Part shown: in pieces, positions 11,667 through 25,100 of the stretch
Numbering within the stretch: the first letter of the stretch is position 1
Layout of the letters: each line of letters starts with the position of its first letter
Notes under the pieces: model-generated
Told to the model about the DNA's origin: nothing
The model's input: the letters and a program-made list of their open reading frames with translations, nothing else
The model's database searches: none
Made by a program: the position numbers and the translations under genes
NCBI RefSeq assembly: GCF_009914755.1
Contig: NC_060936.1
Strand: one strand, 5' to 3'
Origin: the human T2T-CHM13v2.0 reference genome, Homo sapiens
DNA length: 64,000 nt

Positions 11667-14433
11667 GAGAATCCATATGTAGAAACCTATGTAGATAACC
11701 TGAATTAAAGCAATTAGAGAAACCTTAAAAAAAAAAAGCCAGCCTAGTAAATGAGTATAGGGATTATGAAGTTTTTGCTTGTCTTCAAATTTCTAATTCA
11801 AAGTGATACTTCTATAAATGTGAACCCAATGCATTATCTTGTCAATATATGCACTTTTAAAAAGACACCTCATTTTATTTTAGTTGTTCTCTTATTTATA
11901 TTGTTTTTCTACAGTTTATGTTTTTCTTTTCATCATCATTTAGTCTTTTTTTAACTCCTTGATACTCTTTATATAATTATTTTTACATATTACATATTAC
12001 ATATTCAATAAATATATATATTTTAAAAATCCTTAACCTATAAATATATATATACACACATATATATGTATATACATATATATAACATGATTTGTGGGAT
12101 GCAGTTGAAACAGTGCTTAAGAAAAAATTATACCATTAAATGGTCTCAAATCAAAGGTCTCAAATCAAAAATATAAGCTTCCACTTTAAGAAACAAGAAA
12201 AAAGAGTAAAATAAATGTAAAGAAATTAAACTGTTAAAAGTAGAAATCATTACATTGAAAATACAGAGAGAGAAAAACGAGTGAAACAAAAGCTAGTTAT
12301 TTGAAAAGATTAGTAAAGCTGATAAAACTCTAGCAAGACTGACAGAGAAAGAGAGAAACACAAATTTCTAATATCAGAAATGAAAGGAGGGATATCATTA
12401 CGGACTTAGCAAGTGTAAAAATGTATAAAAAGGAAAATAACAATCCTCTACAAATAAATTCAACAATTTAGATAAAACGATCAAATCCTTAAAACCACAA
12501 ACTATTGAAACTCACCAAAGATGAAATAAATAATCTAAATTGTGCTAAAATTATAAAAGAAATGAAATTTCTACTTAAACCTTTTCTGAATAAAAATCTT
12601 CAGGACCAAATGGCATAATTGAAAATGTCTACCAAACACTTAAAGAAAAAATAACATCAAATCTATATAATTTCTCCCAGAAAATAGAAGGGGGAACATT
12701 CACCGAAATCATCTGATGAAGCCAAAATTACCCTGATAACAAAAGCAGATAGAGACAATCCTAAAAAAAAACACTATAGACCAATATTGCTCATGAACAC
12801 AAATGTAAAAGTCCTCAACAAAATATTAGCAAATTGAATGCAGAAATACAGAAAAAGACATATGCCACTACCAAATGGGGCTGATTTTCCTGGGAATGTA
12901 GGGCTGCTTCAATATTTGAAAAACAATCTACATAACCCACTCTACTGAGAGTCTAAAGAGGAAAAATAATAGTCATACTAATTGGTGGAAAAAACTATTT
13001 GACAAAATTCATGTCTATTCATAGTAAGAAAAAATTAAGTAACCTAGAAATAGAAGAGAATGTTCTCAACCTGATAAAAGGTACCTACACCAAACCCCAC
13101 AGTACACATTATGCTTAATAGTGAAAAACTGAATCTTCCCCTTCTAAGACAAGGACAAGGCACCCATACCATTCCTATATAACACTGTATTAAGAGTCCT
13201 AGTCAGTGCAATGAGACAAAGAAAAGGAGCAAAAGACATAAAACCGTTCTATTTGCAGATGACATGATTGTCTATATAAAAAATCCCAAGGAATTTACCA
13301 AAATCTTCCTAGAACTGACAGGTCAGTTTAGCAAGGTCACAATATATAAAGGCAACCTACAAAACTAAATGGCATTTGTATAAGTTAGCAATGTATAATT
13401 GAAAACTAGAAGTAAAAAAAACAAACTGACCCAAAAATAAAATACTTAGGTATAAATCTAACAGAACATGTGCAAGATACATATATATACTGAAAACTAT
13501 AAAATGTTGAACAAAGAAATCAGAGACGACCTAAATAAACAACAAATATACTATGTTCATGAATTAGAAGACTCTACATAATGAAGATGTCAATCATCTC
13601 CAATTACAATAAAATATCATTAGAATTTTTTGTAGATGTAGATATGCTGATTCTAAAATTTACATAGAAAGGCAAAATAAATAGAAAGCTAAAACAATTT
13701 TGAAAAAATAATAAAGTTAAAAAATACTGCTCAATTCTAAAACTTACTATAAAGCTATAGTTATTGAGGTAGTGTAGTGTTGGCAAAGAAATAGACAAAC
13801 AGATCAATGGTGCAAAATAGAGATTTCATGCAGAAGCAGGAAATTGGATTCATACATCACACCATATACAAAAATGAATTAAAGATTTCCATATAAAATC
13901 CAAAGCAATAAAACTACTAGAAGAAAAGATAGGCAAAAATCTCCACAACATTAGTCTGGGCAATGATTTTTTTTAAATATGACCCCAAAAGCACAGGCAA
14001 CTGAAGCAAAAATAGACAAATGGGATTGCATCAAACTAAAAAGCTTCTGCACAGCAAAGGAAACAATTAACAAAGTCAAGTGATAACCCACAGAATGGGA
14101 GAAAATATTTGCAAACCACACATCTGATAAGGAGTTAATATCAAAAATACATAAGGAACTCAAACAATGTAATACCAAAAAAATTAACCCAGTTAAAAGA
14201 TGGGCAAAAGATTTGAACAGATATTTCTGAAAAGACGACTTACAAATTTCCAATAGGTAAATGAAAATATGCTCAGCATCACTAACCATTAGGAAAATGC
14301 AAATTAAAGCCACAATGAAGTAACACCACATACCTGTTAGAATGGGTTTATCAAAAAAGATGAAAGTTAAGTGTTGGCCAGGATGGGAAGAAAGGGGAAC
14401 TCTTGCACATTGTTGTGGGAATGTAAATGAATA

Positions 14434-14665
14434 TAGGTGGTTTCTTTTCCAAAATGCTTGGGACCAGATATGTTTTGAATTTTGGATTTTTTTGGATTTC
14501 AGAATATTTGCAGAATATATACTAATTGAGCATCCCTGATTAAAAGGCCCAAAATTCAAAATACTCCAACAAGCATTTCCTTTGAGCATCATGTTGGTAT
14601 GCAAAAAGTTTTCTATTTTGGAGAATTTAGGGTTTTGAATTTTTGAATTAGGGATCCTCAACCTG
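14434..14665. mobile_element. Tigger4a/MER46A-like TcMar MITE
   Basis: aaatgcttgggaccag...gggatcctcaacctg termini, flanking TA duplication; splits the L1 motif tgtaaat..ta|cag. Confidence 0.85.
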
Positions 14666-14878
14666 TACAGTCATTATGGGAAATGGTATGGCAGTTCCTC
14701 AAAAAACTAAAAATAGAACTACCATATGTTCCAGCAATCCCAATTCTGGGTGTCTATCTCCCCTAGATTAAAATGAATTGTCAAAGAGATGCCTGCACTC
14801 CTACGTTCACTGAAGCGTTATTCACAATAGCCAAGATACGAAAATAACCTAAGTGTCCATCAATAGACGAATGGGTAA

Positions 14879-16390
14879 AAGAGCATGGTACTGCTATAAA
14901 AATAGGCACATAGACCAATGGAACAGAATACAGAACCTGGAAATAAACCCAACTACTTACAGCCAAATGATCTTCGATAAAGCAAACAAAAATATAAAGT
15001 GGGGAAAGGATATCCTTTGCAAAAAGTGGTGCTGGGATCATTGGCTAGCCACATGTAGAAGAATGAAACTGGATCCTCATCTCTCACTTTATACAAAAAT
15101 CAACTCAAGATGGATTAAGGACTTAGATCTGAGACCTAAAACTCTAAAAATCCTAGAATATTGGAAAAACCCTTCTAGATATTGTCTTAGGCGAGGATTT
15201 CATGGCCAATAACCCAAAAGCAAATGCAATAAAAACAAAGATAAATAGTTGGGACTTAATCATTAATTTAATTATTAATTAATTTAATTAAGCTTTTGCA
15301 TGGCAAAAGAATAGCAGAGTAAACAGATAACCCACAGAGTGGGAGAAAATCTTCACAATCTATTCTATTTTTAGTTTTTAAAGGAACCTCTATACCACTT
15401 CCCATAACACATCTGACAAAGGACTAATATTCAGAATCTATACAAACTCAAACAAATCAGCAAGAACAAAACAAACAATCCCATAAAAAAAGTGGGCTAA
15501 GGACATGAATAGACAATTCTCAAAAGAAGGTATACAAATGGCCAACCAACATATGAAAAAATGCTCGACATCACTAATGATCAGGGAAATGTAAATCAAA
15601 ACCACAATGCAATACCACCTTACTCGTGCAAGAATGGCCATAATCAAAAAATCAGAAAACAGTAGATGTTGGCATGGATGCAGTGATCAGGGAACACTTT
15701 AACACTGCTGGTGGGAATGTAAACTAGTACAGCCACTATGGAAAACAGTGTGGAGATCCTTAAAGAACTAAAAGTAGAACTACTGTTTGATTCAGCAATC
15801 CCACTACTGGGTATCCACTCAGAGGAAAAGAAGTCGTTATATGAAAAAGATACTTGCAAACACACGTTTATAGCAGCACAATTCGCAATTGCAAAATCGT
15901 GGAACCAACCCAAATGCCCGTCAATCAACGAGTGGGTAAAGAGACTGAGATCTATGTCTATATGAGATACTGAGATATATAATCTATATATATGTCTCTA
16001 TATATGTATAGCTATATCTATATATACACACAATGGAATACTACTCAGCCATAAGAAGGAATGAATTAATGGCATTCGCAGCAACCTGGATGGTATTGGA
16101 GACGGTTATTCTAAGTGAAGTAACTTCAGGAATGGAAAACCAAACATCGTATGTTCTCACTGATATGTGGGAGCTAAGCTATGAGGATGCAAAGCCATAA
16201 GAATGATACAATGGACTTTGGGGACCAGGGAGAAGAGTGGGAGGGGGGCAAGGGATAAAAGTCTAACAAATAGGGTGCAGTACATACTGATTGGGTGATG
16301 GGTGCACCAAAAATCTCACAAATCAGCACTAAAGAACTTACCCATGTAACAAAACACCCCCTGTACCCCCAATAACTTATGGGAAAAAGA
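14879..16390 (+). mobile_element. L1PB 3' portion
   Basis: ORFs 14853-15212 and 15738-15965 are ORF2-like; L1PB-type 3'UTR (gagctaagctatgaggatgcaaag...cccaataacttatgg). Confidence 0.85.
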
Positions 16391-19300
16391 GAAAAGGTAG
16401 CATGTACATATAATGTAATACTATTCAGTCTTATAAAAGGAAGGAAATCCTAACCTTTGTGGCAACATGGATAAACCTAGAGGACATTATGCTGAGTGAA
16501 ATAAGGTGGGCACAGAAAGACAAATATCATATGATCTCACTTATATGTGAAATCTAGAAAAGTAGAGAGTAGAAAGATGGTTATCAAAGGCTGGGACAGG
16601 GAATGGGGAAGGAATGAGGAGTTGTTGGTTAAAGGATATAAAGTTTAAGATAGGCAGGAAAAACAAATTTTGAGATCTATTGCACAGCAGGGTGACTATA
16701 GTCAATAATTTATTGTGTATTTCAAAATATCTAAGAGCATAAATTTGAAATGTCTCACCACAAAAATGCTAAACAAGTGAGGTGATAAATATGTTAATTG
16801 TCTTAATTTAATCATTTTACCCTGTATATCTATATAAAAACATCACATTTTACCCCATACATAAAATTATGATCTGTCAATTAAAAATAATGTAAATCAA
16901 AAATAAAATAACTGCTAAATAAAATTTAAAAAATGAATTCAGAGAAAGTATTACCATTTGATTTTTGATAAAGGTGAACAATAAAGGACAGCCTTTTCAA
17001 AATTACATTTAAAGTATTAGACATCCATATGTAACAAAATGAACATTTACCTAAACTTCACACTTTATACAAAATTAACTAAAAAGTTTCACAGATCTAA
17101 ATGTGTAATGTACAAACTATAGAACTTTTAGAAGAAAACATAGAATAAAATCTTTATTACCTAAGGTTAGGCAAAGGTTCCTTGGACATGACATCAAAAT
17201 CACAATCCACAGAGAAAAAGATAATCTGGATGGAATCAGAATAAAAAGAAATTTGCTCTGTGAAAGATACTGTTAAGAAAGGGAGAAAGCTAGCTAGAGA
17301 GTGGGAGAAAAATAATTACAAGTCACATATCCAACAAAAGGTTTGTAACTGGAATGTATAAAGAACTCTCAAAACTCAACAATTAGAAAACAAACCAGTT
17401 TAAAAATGGGCTAAAGACTTGAACAAACACTTTATTAAAGAGGATACATGAATGGCAAATTAGCAAATGAAAGTATGTCCATTTCTATTAGCCAATAGGA
17501 AAATGCATATTAAAAATTGTGATATGATATTAGAATTGCTAAAATGAAATGTACTAATAATACTGGAGAGGATCTGGAGCAACTGGAAGTCTCAGACCTT
17601 GCAGGTGAGAATGCAAAATGGCAAAGGCACTCTGGAAAATGGTTTGACAGTTTCTTGTAAAGTTAAACACATACTTAGCATATGATATAGCAATTTCACT
17701 TCTACATTCTTACCCCAAGAAATAAAAATGTATATTCCCACAAATGTCTGTAAACAAATTTTATTAGCAAGTCTATTCATAATTGCCCCCAAATGGAAAC
17801 AACTCAAATGTCCTTCAATGGGTGGATAGATAAACTATGATACATCTAAACAATGTAATACCACTCATCAGTAAAAAAAAGTGAGCTATTGATCCACACA
17901 ACTTGAATATAAAAGGCATTAAGTTGAGCGAAAGAAGCCAGTCTCAAAAAGTCACTGTATTTTTCCATTACATGACATTCTCAAAAGACAAAAAAATATA
18001 GTTATGAAATACAGATCAGTGGTTATTTGGGTGTAGGAGTTGGAGACAAAAAGATAGTAGGAAGTTTTTTTGTGGTGAGCGAACTATTCTGTATCCAGAT
18101 TGTGGTTGTGATGACATGAATCTATACATGTGTGAAAATTCATAGAACTATACACCAAAAAAGTCAATAGGTTATACTATGTTTTGTAAGCTACTTTTTT
18201 CAAGCGTAACTATATCAAACATCTTTTCTCATAACTAAATTTAAGTCTTTTTCATAAGAAATATCATTGATGAATTTATAAAAAGTAGTTTCAGTGTGTT
18301 GGGAAGGGACAGAAAGCTAAATTTAATTGAAATGAGGACTGAGTAGGAGATAAAGTAGAAACAAAATAAGTGGAAAAATCAAGTTTGGGTATAATAAGAG
18401 AGTGACTATGTGTTACCAGGAAGGAAAGATAGGGTTGAGGGATGTGTTTTTGGTTTCTTTTTAAGAAAGTAGAGATTTTGGCACATTTAATCCTCAAGGA
18501 GAAGGAGCCAGCTAAAAGGAGTGATCAGACATAAGAGAATGCAGCTGGAATAATTAGTAGACTGAACTCCCCCAGAAGATAGGAGGAGAGAGGACCCAGA
18601 GTACAGGCAGAGGAATGAGCCTTGGATTTGAGGAAGGTATTTATTTCATTATAGGTAGAGGGGAGGGAGATTAGGGATGTTAATGGGTTTGGTGTTGGAA
18701 GTTGAGAAAATTATCTTTTGATGGTGTCTATATTTTCTGTGTAGAAGGAGATGAAGTCATCTCATAAGAGAGTGAGGACTAGGGAGGAAAGATGAAAGGT
18801 TTCAGGAGAATGGAGAGGAATTGAAAGAGTTATTGTAAAGAAAGTTGATATGAAATACATGGTAGGATTTCTTGTCTTCATTGAGAGTTCAGTGACAGTT
18901 TTCCCTACCTGTGAGGGATAGAGTGTCTCTTACAGAATGTTTAGTAAGTAGCTTGCCAAAGATACTAATCTACATTTAAAATAAAAGAACTTTTATCATA
19001 AAAACAACATTTACATGAAAATAACCAGTGAGATTTGATGGTCATAAAATTGCACAGTTGAAATTGAAATTTCATTCTGGGTATGACCTTGGTAGCCTCT
19101 GAAGAGATCTTTAACAAAGGAAAGAGAAATGAATGAAATTACAATGTTTAGTTAGAGTACATTATGATTCATTATTTCAAATTCAGTGTTGGTTATTCCT
19201 GAATGCATAAGGTAGAATGGCCTTGTATACACTCTCTCAGAATAAATCCTCGCATTGCAAGTACTTAAGTCAATGTCAATAACTTGTGAAAGAAAGAATA

Positions 19301-20412
19301 AAACAGTGGTCTCCAAAGAGACTTGAAAAAGTGAACAATCAAAAAAAGGCTTTTACTGTGTAATCATTTTTTGAAAAGACAATCATTGTTTTGTTAGGAA
19401 TGTTAACACCTTCTTCTCTAGAAAGGAGAGATAAATGGATAGCATCAAGGGCTTCCCTTGAGAATTTATGCATGAGAAATGATTAGGCTCCCATTTATTT
19501 GATTTGTTAATGCCTCTCAGGAAAATTAAAAATACATAATTGTAGCAATAAAAGTTCTTTTGGGAAAGGTGCCTATTTAGTATTGAGAAAGGAAAGAAAC
19601 ATGCTTTTTATTAAGAGGAAAGAATTAAGAAATAAAGGAAGGACCTAGATTCTAATTTAAATGACCTCCCAACTTCTCTCTTCTCGTCTGTGTTAGCTCA
19701 CCCCAATGAGCCTCAGTCTTCTCATCAGAAAATGTAGGTGGTTTTTGCATATCTACAACTAGATTAGAAATATATTTCAGTAAAAAAGAAGCCACAATTC
19801 AGTTAGACAGATTTTGCATGGTCCTGATTTTTTTTCTAAAGAAATAAGTTTTTCCATAAATAGTATAAAAGACACTTTGGGAACTTACAGAAGCAGGGAT
19901 TTCCAGAAATTCTACTCTGGGATGTAAGGAGGCTAATATTAAATCTATTATTTAGTTGTTCTATCATTCTATTGGTAATAGTAACAAGAGATAACCAGAA
20001 TACTAATCTCCAGTTAAAAGTGTCAACAGTAATAACACTAAACCCCACTGATAAACATTACAGCCTTCCCAAAATATGACAACCAATGTTAGTTAGGATA
20101 ACCTCCCAAAATACAACATATGCTATATACAAAGCCAGTTTTACAGAATTCAGTTTCTGTGCCTTAGTTATGTTCCAACAATATATGCATATGTATGTAT
20201 ATATTTGTATGTACACACATTGTTTTGTTTTGTATCCTGACACCAAATAACCAATTTGACAAAAATATTTATCCTTAAACTAGCCATTTTGTTACAAAAA
20301 GTTTTTTTAAAAAAAAATCAGTTTCTACGAGATGACAATAATTAAATTTGCCAAAATTATAAACATGGACCCAAAAAACACGTGGATAAACTTATTAAAA
20401 GAACACTTCCAA

Positions 20413-20512
20413 GGCTGGTCCCAGTGCAGTGGTGTTTACAACTAATTGATCACAACCAGTTGCGGATTTCTTTGTTCCTTCTCCACTCCTACTCCTTCAA
20501 TTGACTAGCCTT
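20413..20512 (+). pseudogene. Y3 RNA (RNY3) retropseudogene
   Basis: ggctggtcccagtgcagtggtgtttacaactaattgatcacaaccagtt...ttgactagcctt matches hY3 with ~6 substitutions; A-rich tail and degenerate TSD (aacac..ttcca). Confidence 0.93.
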
Positions 20513-21794
20513 AAAGAAAACTAAAATAAAATTTTAACACGTCCTTCCAGGACTGGTTTTTCTAAGATCCAGTCTACACACTGGCTACTAAGATGTGAAA
20601 ATATAATTCTACCAGGAAGTGTTGTGACATTCTTTAATATTATTTAAACTCTCCACATATTTGAACAGTGATGTGTCCAATACATCTATAATAAAAATAA
20701 AGAAACCAATAGCAAAGTAATTGTTCTGTTTTTATAGTGCTAGCTCTGATCACTGCTATTTAAGAGAAGAACCTGAATCCCATTAGAGTAAGGGATGATT
20801 TTAATCACCTTGTAAAGTTTCCTCACATGTTTTTTCACATTTCCCAAAATATTCTATTAGGAAAAGTGGCTCCTCCTTCCACTGTCAGCCCAGCATAAAT
20901 ACTCTGGATATCCCTTACTTCTCCCTGTTTATCCATTGAAAGTTGAGCTGAACAGTGTAAACCTCTATTTGGGAGTTACAGAATTGACAACCGTTTCAGG
21001 AAAAATCCATTGTCTGCTATTTGCTGGTGGTAAAATTGCAATGAAAGGGGTTCATGTTTCCTGATTTTTGCCCAGCTTTAATAGAGTTATTTTTCATTTG
21101 ATAAATATCTATTACAGAGTGGAACATAATACAATTAAAACGGTACCTTGGGACAATGTGACTAGACATAAGTCATGAAGAAAGAATGAGCATTAAGACC
21201 TTGGGCCTCAGACTCTGCTGGAAAAAGTGAAATGTGTGCCAGCTGAGGTATAGCAATCAGATGTCCCCCAGTTTCTGAAGTATTGAGTCAAAGGATACTG
21301 GGAGGAGAGGTTGACAGGAGTGAATGCTACTATATGTTAAATGTTATACAGCCATTAAGAGAGGACTATCAAACTACACCCTCTGGGAAAAGGCAGAAAA
21401 ATGCTCATATGGCTAGAAAGCTAAGACTGCAGAAATCACAGGAGTTCAGTTCTGTTTGCACTCACTGAATAATGAAGTAGTACATTTAGAAACTAATTCT
21501 ATACATCGTTCATTGTTATACAAACAGCTAAAATATAATTGTTTTCAAATAAAGATTAGAAACTATCTCCATTGTTTTCATAGCAGAGTTCTCCAGACAA
21601 CTTAAAAACTGGGCTCCAATTTTAAGACAAAGGAAAAAAAAGTGTCTGTTTTAAGAATAATTCTCATAGCAGATTAGGAATTATATTAAAACATAGCAAA
21701 ACGAACATTAGAACACATAAATATTAAAATCTCACCATAGTAATGATACTACAGAGACATTAATGCTTATATATTAGGGGAAGAGGAAAGTGGG

Positions 21795-22168
21795 TGTATT
21801 AGTCCATTCTCACGCTGTTAATAAAGACATACCAGAGACTGGGTAACTTATAAAGAAAAAGAGGTGTAATTGACTCACAGTTCCGCGTGGCTGGGAAGGC
21901 CTCAGAAAACTTACAATCGGCAGAAGGGGAAGCAAACACATCCCTCTTCACATGGCAGCAGGTGAGAGAATGAGTGCCCAGAGAAGGGGGGAAGTCCCTT
22001 ATAAAACCATCAGATCTCGTGAGAACTAACTTACTACCACAAGAACAGGATAGAGGAAGCCGCCCCATGATTCAATTATCTCCACCTGGTCCCTCCCACA
22101 ACAGGTGGGGATTATGAGAACTACAATTCAAGATGAGACTTGGGTGAGGACACAGCCAAACCGTATCA
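21795..22168 (-). mobile_element. THE1 (MaLR) solo LTR
   Basis: Minus strand starts tgatacggtttggctgtgtcc and ends ...gactaataca; 5-bp TSD gtggg/atggg. Confidence 0.92.
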
Positions 22169-25100
22169 ATGGGGAAAGAGGTCTGTAGCTGGCCACTTGA
22201 AGAGATCCCTGTCCTGGTCTCCCTTGCCTGTGTTTTGGGATTTGAGGGGCACTTGGTAGACCCTTTCAACACTGCTATTCCATCTCGTTCTTGCTCTTTC
22301 ATCCACCATTTGAAATTAATGGCACTGGGCTAAGGCTCTGCTTTCTAATGATTCTTTGAAAAATCAAAATTAAGGAAGGGCCATATAATTAACAGCTATT
22401 CTTATCTGAAGTAGATCAGTGTGGCACATCCTTTCTGAGAAGAGATCTCTCCTGGAATAGGAAGCAGCAACTACCCAGTTTAGCTGAGGGTGGAGAAGAA
22501 AGAGAAAATTGGAGATTGAAGCTCAGATTAGAAACATAGTTCCCAAGTGTAAACTTCAAGACATGAAGGGCTGGTGGAGGGAGGACCTGAGGGGCGCTGC
22601 CAGCAGTGACAGCTGATGCTGCAGGGTGAGGTATTGGGTACCAGAGGCACAAGACAGGCCTGGACTGGCAGGAATTGATCCTGCACCCACTGGGAATTTG
22701 CTGCAGACTCAGCAAAACTTAACCCAAGGGGAGACAGGACACCTGATTCCCTAATTGTATGTGTGAGAACTCTCTTTGATTTCATAAAGTGCATACCCTC
22801 CCCCACCACACACACATCAAAGATATGTGGACAGGATTTTCAAATTGGAGTATGCAAATTGTGCACAGGCATGAAGAATCACTGTCCAGATCCTCAGCTT
22901 TTTTCTAAAATTTATCTGCTTCAGAATGTACCTATAGTCAGGGACACATTTCATGCTGGCACTCCTTTCCGGAACAAAGCATTTCATCAAACTTTACAAA
23001 AAAAAGGTACACCTGTAACTTAATCTGAACTGAATTTCTCCATCAGGGTAGAAAAACTTCTTTGAGTCTCCACTCAAAGGAACAAAACAAAACATTAGTA
23101 TAAGCAAAGCCTCTGTTAATCAGGGCCCCCTTCACATAAACTCATTGTAGGATATCAAACTTTCCCTGTCTAGTACATATTTCTCTAAGACTGAAAGTCA
23201 GCATTAGAAGTGGAATGTTTTGGCCTTTGTTGGATGTTGTGGATTCATATAGTCTGTAGAGTAGGGTAGCAGAAGTGATGATACCGCATGTCCTACCCAA
23301 TCCCTGAGACTGACAGATACTTTGTCAGAAGAAAGGTTGCCCGTGGTGGCAGTGCCTCTGGTGGTTAGAGGTTTTTTTTCTCTTATATACTTGTTTTGAA
23401 AGCAGGATTTAGTTTCTTCAACATGAACTTGCTAATTATGAGCATTTAAAAATTTATAAGACGAAGGTTTTACTAGTATTTTAAAAATTGGGACATGCTT
23501 ATTTGATCTTCATAGCATGTACTCTTCACAAATGAAGGTTTTAGAGTGATTTTTTTTAATAGGTCAATAGTCAATGTGCACCATTTTTCTTTTTATATTT
23601 TCTTTTCATTGGTCTTATATTGCAGCTATAGGAAATACAGGACCAATGAAAGTTTTCACATGTTAATACAACTCCTACAACTACTAGTATTGAATATAGA
23701 ATATATTCAGTGTTCCAGGTTCCATGCTGCAGGGTCTTATACATTAGCTTTTTAAATGGGAGAAGATGGGATTCGAACTCAGGTAGTCAAATCCTAGAGC
23801 CCAAATGTTTTTTTGTTTGTTTGTTTTTATTGTACTACATGAGTTAAGGCATATTTTTGTTGTTTCTGAAGTATAAGCATGCCATTTCAAAACATTTTTC
23901 AATCCTAAAAGGTAAGGCAATTATCTTACAAAAGCACCTTGGGTAGAGTTTAGCACATCAAAGGGATTTAGGAAATACTCATTTGTTATCTCCTTCCTGT
24001 CTTAAAAGGAAATCTATTTGTCTTTTCCATATGAAATTCAATGCTTGTCTTGAGAGGAAGACTTTTTATTATGTTTCTGTAGCTTCAGTTAATGCTCAGA
24101 TTTAGGAGTTACAAATAACATGATAAAATTTATAATTTAAGCCCTCTAAATATCAGGCATTCCCAGTTTGAGGAAATAAAACAATCAAAAGTAACCAATG
24201 AATGCCTGATGGGAAATCCTGATGCTCTAGAGGTACAGAGGTTCCCAGCAATGCCAAGAGACATGCCCAAATGCCCAAGGGGACCAGGCTTGTGAGGACT
24301 CATGTGAATTGCCCTAGTGAGCTTCTTAAATGTCATGAAATTTTCAGAGGCACTGAAAGAGCTGCCAGATGTGTCTCTGGATTTGCATAGAGAAGTGAAG
24401 CATCATGAAAAAGTTTCTATAACTGAATTCTGAGTTTTCTTGTGAACTATGGGTCTCCAAGGGAGTCAAACTGAAGCTATAAATAATAGGTCACCTGAGG
24501 TAAAATCAGCAGCGAGAAGAGTCCTGGAAAAGCAGGGTCAGCTGAGTAGCCTGGGTTTTAGGGGAGTGGTGAGTAGTTCAATGAATAGGTTGTGGCTGCA
24601 TGTGACCTTTTCCATTATGTTCTTCCCATACCCATGCCCCTCCTTCTATCCCTTTACATTCAAACACCCCTGTCTTGGCTGGTGTCTGCAGAACCACAGG
24701 CAGCCTTCCACATGGACCTACAGCCCAATGGTCTAGAAATTCCATGGGCTACAAATGGTAAATAGGATAGTATCAGTTGGTCAGTAGAGAAGAAGGATGG
24801 CCAGAGGAGTAGACAACAGATGGGAAGCCTATAGACCTATGAGCAGCATCCCTCGTCCATGCTTGAGCTTTTCACCCTTTGTGGGTCCCTAGAGGGATTA
24901 ATTAGGAAGATGTATCCTAGGACAAGTCTAGACTGCCTGCTAAGCAAGGCAGTGCAGTAGGAACTAGGCACTTCAGATTTATGATGTTTATGTAAATGTT
25001 ACACATTTTCAGTCACAATCAGGCATATCCAAGAGAAATTTTTATTTCACATTCATTTAAGTAGAACTTGCTGAAGACATGATGCTAGAATTCATGTTTA

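Larger units (their letters stand above)
13827..16925 (+). mobile_element. L1MA 3' portion nested in the old L1, itself interrupted by Tigger4a and L1PB
   Basis: ORF2 3' sequence 13830-14878 resumes at ~16390 and ends in an L1MA-type 3'UTR with A-rich tail. Confidence 0.8.
9490..18180 (+). mobile_element. Old L1M (L1MC/MD-like) ORF2-3'UTR, fragmented by nested younger insertions (pieces ~9490-10191, 12080-13826, 16930-18180)
   Basis: Degenerate endonuclease/RT-like sequence (ORF 9663-9896; tatttgcagatgacatgat = FADDM motif near 13250) that resumes collinearly after each nested insert. Confidence 0.85.

Noticed and set aside
13951-14661. 236-aa minus-strand ORF on the PTPRR sense strand
   Set aside because: Antisense reading of L1MA fused to Tigger4a, with a non-ATG start and the low-complexity hydrophobic composition typical of antisense L1.
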